Under the pieces are notes generated by a model. The model was given only the letters and a program-made list of their open reading frames with translations. It was not told the DNA's origin and searched no databases. From IMG/VR virus record IMGVR_UViG_3300042355_000002, positions 1-39,911 of that record: a stretch of DNA of 39,911 nt; one strand, written 5' to 3'. A program made the translations under genes and the position numbers. Of this stretch, positions 25,846 through 34,400 are shown piece by piece; the stretch's first letter is position 1; every line of letters starts with the position of its first letter. This DNA is from a virus (Duplodnaviria > Caudoviricetes).

Positions 25846-27318
25846 ATGAGCATGGGAAATAGAGCCAGTGCGCCTCCGAGTAAGGGAGGTGCTGTTCCGC
25901 CAACTAATCCTCAGGTGCCAAATCCTTATGGAGATCAGGGGTATCAGCCTCCGCAGCGATACTCCAACGACTACTTCCGCTATCAACAAAGTGGAGAGCC
26001 GTTTAACCAGCCTGTAATGGGATATGGAACTTACGGTCAGATCTTTACTCCGCCTCCCCAGCGCTTCCAACCTCAACCCATAATGGGAGGTAAAGGCGGC
26101 ATGGGGTATCGCCCATCTCCTCCAGTTCCGCCACCGGGTGGCAAAGGCGGTGGCATGAGCGATATGCAGTATCGTGGGCCGCAACAACCGCCAATCATAG
26201 GTGGCAAGGGTCAGCCGCAAAACCAAGGCCCATTCATGTCTTATCCGGGCGGTAGTGGTTATGGTGGTCTTACAGCAAGGCCGGGTAGCGGCCCTCCTCG
26301 CGTACCACGGACTCGTCAGTTAGGTTTGAATGAGCCTACTGGTCCGGGTCCAATGGATGTGCAGACGAATCCTTCTCCGCCTCAGATTGCAGATGGAGTT
26401 CCGCAGAGTTTCCTTGATTTCTACAGCAGGCAAAATAATCCTCCACAGCCAAATCTTGATTTTTACAACAGGCAAAATAATTCAGGTTCTGTTCGTGCCT
26501 ATCCCACTCAAGAGGTGGGCCGAACTGGTGGGCCGGGCGCATCCCCGTCGGATCGTATGTTTTATACTCAGGCAACTATTCCTGCGACTGTAAATGGTGT
26601 AAGCGGTTATTACCCTGATGGCAGTCGAACGAATTTTACTCCTTACCCTAATCAACCTGTTGCCGCCACTGGCGGTTTAGGTTTAGGAGGAATGCCGACT
26701 GGTGGCCCTCAAATTAGTCCGGACTATATGCCAGTGATGGGCGCAAGAAACTTCGATATCCAACCGTTTGGTGCGCGGGATAATTACGTTCCTCGTTTTG
26801 GCAATATGGGTTTCTTCCAAGAAGGCGGTCAGGTTCCCCCTGATGCAGCCACCAACATGGAAATGATGTTGTCTGAAGCAGGCCCTGCCAATCCTCAGGC
26901 TGAAATGTCTGGCGAATATGACCGGCTTATTCAGATGACGATGCAGGCAGTGCTGGGTCAGGTTGAGCAGCCGGATGAAATCATCCAGATGTTCATCGAT
27001 GAATTCGGCGTGGATGCATTCCGTCAGTTGCGTGATGCGGTCCTCAAGCAACAAGTTCCCAATGCCCAGACCGAAGGCATGGTCGATGGCAACGGCGGTG
27101 GTATGGATGATCAGGTGATGGGCATGATCGGCGCACAGCGTCCGGTTGCCGTATCGCCCGGTGAGTACATCATCCCGGCTGATGTCGTGTCAGGCTTAGG
27201 CGATGGTAGTTCCAAGTCCGGTGCCGACATCCTTGATGAACTCAGTCAGGCTGTTCGCATGACTCGCACGGGAACCACTGAGCAGCCCCGTCCCTTGATG
27301 GAGACGCTTAGTCAATGA
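25846..27318 (+). CDS. Putative internal virion protein (490 aa)
   Basis: P/G/Q-rich disordered N-terminus; FQEGG; C-terminal GNGGGMDD...VSPGEYIIPADVVSGLGDGSS domain. Confidence 0.65.
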   Translation: MSMGNRASAPPSKGGAVPPTNPQVPNPYGDQGYQPPQRYSNDYFRYQQSGEPFNQPVMGYGTYGQIFTPPPQRFQPQPIMGGKGGMGYRPSPPVPPPGGKGGGMSDMQYRGPQQPPIIGGKGQPQNQGPFMSYPGGSGYGGLTARPGSGPPRVPRTRQLGLNEPTGPGPMDVQTNPSPPQIADGVPQSFLDFYSRQNNPPQPNLDFYNRQNNSGSVRAYPTQEVGRTGGPGASPSDRMFYTQATIPATVNGVSGYYPDGSRTNFTPYPNQPVAATGGLGLGGMPTGGPQISPDYMPVMGARNFDIQPFGARDNYVPRFGNMGFFQEGGQVPPDAATNMEMMLSEAGPANPQAEMSGEYDRLIQMTMQAVLGQVEQPDEIIQMFIDEFGVDAFRQLRDAVLKQQVPNAQTEGMVDGNGGGMDDQVMGMIGAQRPVAVSPGEYIIPADVVSGLGDGSSKSGADILDELSQAVRMTRTGTTEQPRPLMETLSQ

Positions 27319-27761
27319 ACGCTGCCGTTCAGGAAATGCAGACCTATGTGTCGCTGATTCCGTCAGCGCACATTGAGTATGCTTGGGCCGCCTTGGCTCC
27401 TATGCTGGAACCGGCTGTGGAGCGGTCTCATGGTCGTTGGACTATGGACCACATCATGGAATGGGCTATTCGAAACGAGAAACAGATTTGGATTGTGTTT
27501 GACGAGGACAGGACGATTCATTGTGTAGCCGTCACACAGAATGTCATCTACCCTACCAGCAAAATGCTCTCCATCGAATTTCTCGGTGGCGCTGGTTTGG
27601 ATAAATGGGCGTTTAAACTTCTTGATGTCCTGAACAATTGGGCGAAGGACAGCGGATGCAACGGTATCGAAGCCACCGCAAGGATCGGCTTCTGGAAATG
27701 GCTTGAGAAAGACGGTTTCGATAAAGCCTATACGGTGTTCGAAAAGAGGTTTGAACAATGA
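27315..27761 (+). CDS. GNAT-fold protein (acetyltransferase-like, internal virion module)
   Basis: LSIEFLGG...WAKDSGCNGIEATARIGFWKWLEKDGF, resembling acyl-CoA N-acyltransferase motifs; same position as T7 gp13/P22 gp14 before the ejection proteins. Confidence 0.6.
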   Translation: MNAAVQEMQTYVSLIPSAHIEYAWAALAPMLEPAVERSHGRWTMDHIMEWAIRNEKQIWIVFDEDRTIHCVAVTQNVIYPTSKMLSIEFLGGAGLDKWAFKLLDVLNNWAKDSGCNGIEATARIGFWKWLEKDGFDKAYTVFEKRFEQ

Positions 27762-29389
27762 GTAAGGGTAGTAAAGCGCCGTCCGGTACACAGAAGGTTG
27801 AACAAACAACTACCAGCCTTCCTCCCTACGCTGAACCGTATTTTCGATCAGCCCTTGAACGAGGCATGTTCGAAAGTGCGCGTCCCTATGAACCGTTCTT
27901 GGGACAGCGCCTTGCACAGTTCGCCCCAGAAGAGACCTTTGCTCAGCGTCAAATCATGGGGCTGGGTCGCCCGACCCAGATCAACGAAGCGACTGACATC
28001 TTCCGTCAGATCGGTGGCATGCCGACTGGTGGCGGAGCGCAGATCGCGGGTCAGTTTAATCCGCAAGCCATCAGCCCGACTTATCGCGGCAGAGAGTTCC
28101 AAACTGGGTACGATCCAAGACAGTTCCAGTCTGGATATACCGCAGGCGGAATAGGTGATCTTTATCAGGCGGGAACTTATACCCCCGGATACACCCCCGG
28201 TCAGATCACCTCCGGCTATCAAGCCGGTCAGTTTGATCCCGGTTATCAGGCTGGTCGCCTTGGTGCGACATTCGAAGCCGGTAGCCTTGCTGCTCCGGGT
28301 GCCATCGAACAGTACATGTCTCCGTACCAGCGCATGGTCACGGACGTGGAGAAGCAGGCTGCGGTTCGTGCATCACAGATGCAAGGTAGCGAACAGGGAG
28401 CCGCTGCAGCCCGCGCTGGAGCCAAGGGTGGCACCCGTGAGGCATTGATTGAAGCAGAGCGCCAGAAGGGTCTGGGGCAGCAGTTGGCGGGTATCGAAGC
28501 CCGTGGCGCACAGTCTGCCTTTGAACAGGCTCAGAGAGCCTTTGAAGCAGATCGTGCTGCCCGGTTGCAGCAGGGTCAATTCGGAGTCACTTCATTCCAA
28601 GCGCAAGAAGCAGCACGTCAGCGTCAGGCTGAAATGGGCTTTAGCGCACAGCAGGCTGGGGAACAAGCACGTCAAGAAGCAGCCCGTATGGGTATGACTG
28701 CCCAGCAGCAGAATCAAGCAGCATTGCAGGCGGCTGAAGAGTTCCGTTTGCGTGGCTTCCAAGCCGTTGAAGCGGCGCGTCAGCAGCAAACTCAGTTTGG
28801 TTTGGCTGGGTTCCAAGCCCAAGAAGGCGCTCGTCAACAGCAGCAGCAGTTGCAGTTCCAAGCGCAGAATGCGGCGGAACAAGCGCGACAAGAAGCGGCC
28901 CGTATGGGGCTAACAGCACAGCAGCAGAGCGATGCTGCCAACCGTGCTGCACAAGAGTTCTTGTCTCGTTCGCAAGAGTTCAACATCGAACAGCAGCGTC
29001 AGAGAGCGTTGCTCGGATTCCAAGGTATGGAAGCCGACCGCGCTGGAATGGAGCAGCGACTTCGTGCCGCAGAACTTCTGCGTGGAACCGGTGGCATGCA
29101 GCAAGAATTGGATCTGCAGAGATTGCAGGCTCAGTTGGGTATCGGCGGACAGCGCCGCGATCTCATGCAGCGTGGCTTGGATATCGGCTACGAGGACTTC
29201 ATGCGTCAACAGGCGTTCCCGAGAGAGCAGTTGGCGTTCCTCAGCAACCTGTTGCAGGGTGTTCCGGTTCAACCGGGTTCCACCACCGCAAGTTTCGGAC
29301 GTGTTCCGACACCGACCCAACAATTGCTTGGCGCGGGTCTGGGTGCTGCGGGTCTTTATAGAACCCTTGGCGGAGGACAACCGGGATGA
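27758..29389 (+). CDS. Ejection/DNA pilot-like protein (543 aa)
   Basis: MSKGSK start, LPPYAEPY, YMSPYQ..V, Q/A-rich helical repeats and C-terminal LLGAGLGAAGLY hydrophobic segment. Confidence 0.65.
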   Translation: MSKGSKAPSGTQKVEQTTTSLPPYAEPYFRSALERGMFESARPYEPFLGQRLAQFAPEETFAQRQIMGLGRPTQINEATDIFRQIGGMPTGGGAQIAGQFNPQAISPTYRGREFQTGYDPRQFQSGYTAGGIGDLYQAGTYTPGYTPGQITSGYQAGQFDPGYQAGRLGATFEAGSLAAPGAIEQYMSPYQRMVTDVEKQAAVRASQMQGSEQGAAAARAGAKGGTREALIEAERQKGLGQQLAGIEARGAQSAFEQAQRAFEADRAARLQQGQFGVTSFQAQEAARQRQAEMGFSAQQAGEQARQEAARMGMTAQQQNQAALQAAEEFRLRGFQAVEAARQQQTQFGLAGFQAQEGARQQQQQLQFQAQNAAEQARQEAARMGLTAQQQSDAANRAAQEFLSRSQEFNIEQQRQRALLGFQGMEADRAGMEQRLRAAELLRGTGGMQQELDLQRLQAQLGIGGQRRDLMQRGLDIGYEDFMRQQAFPREQLAFLSNLLQGVPVQPGSTTASFGRVPTPTQQLLGAGLGAAGLYRTLGGGQPG

Positions 29390-31488
29390 ACATCATAGAG
29401 ATGGAGGACATGGTCAAGGGACTTCCCGACCAACTCCTCATGCAAGAAGCGCAGGCTCCTTCGGGTCGCATCCCGCAGTTCTTGGCGTTGTCGGAAGTAC
29501 AGCGCCGAAAGGACATGCGTGATCGCTTTCAACAGCAGGCTCCGCAGCAGACCGTCAAGGACATGATTCTAGGGGGCACCGCTGGTCCGCCTTCACCCCA
29601 GCCACCGCCGATACCCGGTGGCACCCAACCCGGCGGTGCCCCTCCTCAACCTGTGATGGCGTATGGCGGTGGCCGTATGCCAAACATGTACGCCGATGGC
29701 GGAAGTATTTCCGCTGGTCAGCAGGGCGAAGCGGTCAAGCAGGCTTTTAGTGGCAAGGCTCGTGTCCAAGATTTCTTGCAGCAGAACTTGATGACCCCGC
29801 AGGGCCTTGGAAGATTAGCGGCAGGCGCATTAGGAACGGCTGTGGGCGGACCTCTGGCTGGGTACGCTGCGTCACAGGGGTTCAATCGTCTGTTCCCTAT
29901 GGGGCCGTCTGCTTTGGACAAGGCTGCCCAGAACGTGCAGACAGCCAACAATCCGTTTGGCATGTATGGCCAGAGTTTCTCTGATGCAGGCGCTGCTCGT
30001 CAGGCAGAACTAGATCAGGCCGGTGCTATGGCATTGGGGAACCGCTATGAGGGTTACCTGAATCGCATGACCAATCCGTTCGCGGGAACTGGTTCCGGCA
30101 TCGTCCGAGATGAACGTCTCGGTGATGAGAGTTTAAACATGGGTCTTGGCGCATTCTCTGGCATGGCTGCTGGTGGTGTGGTCAAGATGCAAGAAGGCCG
30201 CACTGTCCCTGACTTCCAGAACTTAGTTTCGTTACCTCAGTTCGGTGGCAATCGCAGTAGCAATCTTCTGGCTATCGAAGAACTTCTGAAGATTCCTGAG
30301 GAACTGCGTACTCCTGAGCAGAATCAGATCATTGCGAGTCTGTTGCCTGCCATGCAGGAGTTCCCGGTAACGCCTCCGCCTCCGCAGGTTCCCGAGACCA
30401 TTGCCGCCCCGGCTATGGCTCAGGCCTCTGCGACTGTTGCACCTCCTGCTGCTGGTGCAGCACCGCCTGCTGTTCCTCCGGGAAGCACTGATTCGTTCAT
30501 GCGCTATCTGCCCGGTGTCGAGTCAATGGTCAGCAAGATGATGCCGCAGGCTGCTGGCTTCGATGTCGCTGGCTACACGGAAGCATTTAAACCTAAGGAG
30601 TCTGATTACGTCAGCCCTGAGTTCAAAGCAGCCAGAGAGAAGATGATCACGGATCTTCGCACTGAAGCGCAGAAGCGCCGCGAAGCAGACATGGCTTTGG
30701 CCCAGCGTTACATGAGCGAAGCAGAGGCTCCTATCAAGGCTGCTGAGGAAGAGGCTAAGAAGGCTGCACTGGGTGCAGTGCTGACTCGCCTTGGCGCAGG
30801 ACTGATGCAGGGCGACTCCGCCGCTGGTTTGGCCATGGCTGCAGAAAGCGCCGAGAAGATCATGGGTCGTTCCCGTGAACTGTCTCAGGCCGAGCGTCGT
30901 GCTGCCAAGCAAGAGTTTCGTGTGGCAGAACGCGAAGCCACTCGTGCAGAACGTGGTTCGGCTGATCAAGCGTTCAATATGCAGGCTCAGAATCTGTTGT
31001 CGGATGAGAACGCACAGCGTATGTACGTTCGCGATTCGAAGAACTTTGCTCAGTCTGTCTACGGCTTGATGCGAGATGCTGGTAAGGATGCTCGTGCTGC
31101 TCACATGGAGTCAGTGCGTTTAACCTTCAGCATTGCTCAGGCCATTGACACTGCCGAGCGCGAAGCCAAGCGCGAAGCCGGATTGACGGATCGTCAATAC
31201 GCTCAGACCTTCGGAACCGTGTTCGACAATGTCATCAAGGCTTTGGAAGATGCAGACTTTGTTGATCCGAAGACGGGCGAATCCCGTGCCCCGACTGGTG
31301 AAGAATTGTTGGATCTTGCCAACAAGAAGGCTGGTGAGATTCTGACTACCCGTGGTATTCGGGCACCCAGTCAATCTGTAAATGCTGTTCGGGTTACAAC
31401 TCAAGACGAGTTGAATAAACTTGCCTCGGGAACGCCATACATTTATGTTGGCCCCGGATCAGACAACAAAGTAAGGACTAAGCCGTAA
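29386..31488 (+). CDS. Ejection/internal virion protein (700 aa)
   Basis: GLPDQ.L...IPQFLALSEVQRR N-terminus; xAxGG motifs; long charged helices; ATGA and TAATG coupling. Confidence 0.6.
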   Translation: MNIIEMEDMVKGLPDQLLMQEAQAPSGRIPQFLALSEVQRRKDMRDRFQQQAPQQTVKDMILGGTAGPPSPQPPPIPGGTQPGGAPPQPVMAYGGGRMPNMYADGGSISAGQQGEAVKQAFSGKARVQDFLQQNLMTPQGLGRLAAGALGTAVGGPLAGYAASQGFNRLFPMGPSALDKAAQNVQTANNPFGMYGQSFSDAGAARQAELDQAGAMALGNRYEGYLNRMTNPFAGTGSGIVRDERLGDESLNMGLGAFSGMAAGGVVKMQEGRTVPDFQNLVSLPQFGGNRSSNLLAIEELLKIPEELRTPEQNQIIASLLPAMQEFPVTPPPPQVPETIAAPAMAQASATVAPPAAGAAPPAVPPGSTDSFMRYLPGVESMVSKMMPQAAGFDVAGYTEAFKPKESDYVSPEFKAAREKMITDLRTEAQKRREADMALAQRYMSEAEAPIKAAEEEAKKAALGAVLTRLGAGLMQGDSAAGLAMAAESAEKIMGRSRELSQAERRAAKQEFRVAEREATRAERGSADQAFNMQAQNLLSDENAQRMYVRDSKNFAQSVYGLMRDAGKDARAAHMESVRLTFSIAQAIDTAEREAKREAGLTDRQYAQTFGTVFDNVIKALEDADFVDPKTGESRAPTGEELLDLANKKAGEILTTRGIRAPSQSVNAVRVTTQDELNKLASGTPYIYVGPGSDNKVRTKP

Positions 31489-34400
31489 TGGCTGCAAACT
31501 GGTGGGAAATAGGCAAACTCGTTGATACCAAACCCACCACCAAAGACGAAGAAAAAAACTGGTGGGAAATTGGGCGAGTTGTAGAGGAGCCTAAGAAGGA
31601 ACCTCAACCATCAGTTGCGCCTGAAGCACAGCCTGCCCAAGGGCCGGTTGGCTTTGGTCCGTTGTCTATGCTGATGGAGTCTCTTCCTGCCGTAAAGCAG
31701 GAACTGACCAGCGTCTTTACACCAGAGACTGTGCAGGGTGTTGGCTCCAACATTCCGTTGACGGCCCAACTTGCCATCCTCAGCAGCAATCTTGAGACCA
31801 TCGATAACACGATGGTGGATTCGCCTGAGAAACAAAAGGCTCAGGCTGACACGCTTAAACAGATCGAAGATATCCAGCGCCAGATTCAGGCTAACACCCC
31901 TGAAGATCTTGGGTTCTTGCAACGCGGTGTCCGCCTCGGTCTTGAGAATTTACCGGCAATGGGCATCGGAACCATTGCGTCCATTGCTGCTCGTAGTCCT
32001 GCCCCCGCATTAGCCACGGCTGGTGCGCTGACCCGCACTCAGTCCTATGGTCAAGCGAGAGCAGAAGGTCTTGCGCCTGACTTGGCGGGAACCTATGCCG
32101 ATATTAATGCGGCTATCGAAGTAGGTCTTGAGGCTTCACCAACTACCAAGTTGCTGGATGCTTTCAACGTCAAGGATGCGGCTGGTCTTAAGAAGAAAGT
32201 CCTTGAGTTTGCTTTAACGGAAGGCGTTACAGAGCAAGCAACGACAGCCCTGCAGACTCTGAACGCCTTGGCATTCCAACTGGATCAAGAGTTGGCCAAT
32301 GCAGAGTCCCCGTTAGAAGCCGCCAAGATTCAGGCAGAGCGTCAGGCTTTGACCGCCGTGGCCACTGTGGTTGGTGGCGGCACACAGGCTGCTGGCGTTG
32401 GTGCCCTGAACAAGATTCAGCGTGATCGTTTGCTGAAGCAGGTCGAATCTGGCGAAAGAGACCTTGAAGATATTGGCGTTGAGATTGAACAGTTTCAGAT
32501 TGAGAAAGCCCGAGAGGATGCTCTCAATAGCGCAGCCAATATCGCTGCCCCGACTCCCGATGAAGTTCGCACTGAGCCGGGTCAGACTGAAGCAACTCCG
32601 TTCCAGTCAAGCGAATCGTACGCAGAAAAGATATTCAATTCTGTAGGTCAGTTCATTCCTACAGATACGACCTTTAAGGTTGAGACCAAGGACATCGATG
32701 GAACCCAATCCATCGTAGTGACTGACCAGAATGGTAGGCAGTATGGTCAGGCATTCCAGAACAAGGATCAGGCTGACCAGTTAGCATTAAGTTTAAACAA
32801 TCTAACTAAGAGCCGTGACGGTGTCCTGAAAGAACTGGAACCGCTGGGCACCTCTCTCAAGGACGTGCTGAAGGGCTACGGTCTTAACGATATCGGTCTC
32901 AAGTTAGACACCAAGATCTTCGGTCGTCGTGGTGAAGCCATGACATCCGAGGGTTTGTTTGATCCGGTGGTGCGACAGGTATTCCTCGCGGTCGATGCCA
33001 TTGATCCGACCGGAACCCTGAACACAGATCAGCGCCGTGAGGCCCTCAGAGGCGTTCTACGCCACGAGGTTGTCCATGCCCTGCGCTATCTGGACCTCTG
33101 GAAGAAAAAGGAATGGAAGACGCTAGAGAAGGCTGCGGCTAACCTGAAGAAGGAAGGCACGGACAAGACCTATCTAGACGTTGCGAGGGAAGCCTACTCC
33201 GACCAGAACAAAGTCGTTCAGGTAGAGGAAGCCGTGGCGGAGATGATCCGTGACGTAGCGGATAGACAGGCTAAGTTTGCTGGCCGTCCCCGCAGTCTTT
33301 CTGAACGTGCGGTGCAGTTCTTTGATCGAACCAAGAATGCATTGACCGGTGCTGGATTCCAGACCTATGACGATGTGATCCAGCGTTTTGAGCAGGGCAT
33401 TGTGGGTTCCCGTGAAAGAGGGCAGATCCGCACCCTTCGCGCTGTCGAGGAACGCGCTGCCGAGAAGGGACAAGTTCCCGAAAGATTGCAACGCCTCTTC
33501 ACTAACCCTGAAGAGCGCAACAAGTTCCGTCAGGAAACGGTGCAGAACCTACAGACCCAGAAGGGTCCGGTTTCGCAGCCTGTTGCGAATAGCCTAAATA
33601 CCCAAGGACTCCGAGAGTCGCGTTCGTTTGTGGAACCTGTACCTGAAAAGATTCAGGTGGGTGATCGATCCGTTGGAACTCGTGATTCCGAAGGGCGTTT
33701 AATCTACTCCGGCTATGAAGGGCCGGAGGTGTTCGGCATCCAGACTCGCCCGACACAGGAAGGTCTGCAGAACTTCTGGAACTGGTTCGGCACCAGCAAG
33801 ACCACTGACAAGCAGGGCCGTCCGCTGGTGTTCTATCACGGAACTGCTGCTGATATTACCGCCTTCCGTCCCAAGCAGGCCGGGTCTGTATTTGTTACCC
33901 GTAGTCCTGAGTTCGCAGAAGAGTTCGGGTTCTTGTCTGACAACTACATGGTCAGCAACTTCCCGGACTTCATGTCCGATCAGCAAGTCGTGGACGTGCT
34001 GAATGAAACGCTTGTCAACCCGGCTTCGTTCTCACCCAAGTTCTATGATCAAGTTGCTGCTGCCCGTGATCAGGCTATTGCAGATGTGCAAGCAGGCAAG
34101 GCGATTCGCCCCGCTGCACTGAAGCCGCTCAAAGACATTGCCGCTGATGGCCGCAGTTCCCGCTATCTGAATGCGATTCAGAAGCGGCTCCCGTCCAGTG
34201 CCAACATGATCCCGGTCTATGTCAAGGCGGATAAGCCTTGGGATTACGATAACAAGGATGATGTAAAAGCGGTGGTTCGTCGCGCCAGAGACAATGGCGC
34301 AGACATTACTGCATCCATGATCGAAGAGATTGGTCAGGGTAACTGGCAGACCATCGAAGGATCAGAGGGTAATGCTCCGATACTTGATGCGATTCGGGAA

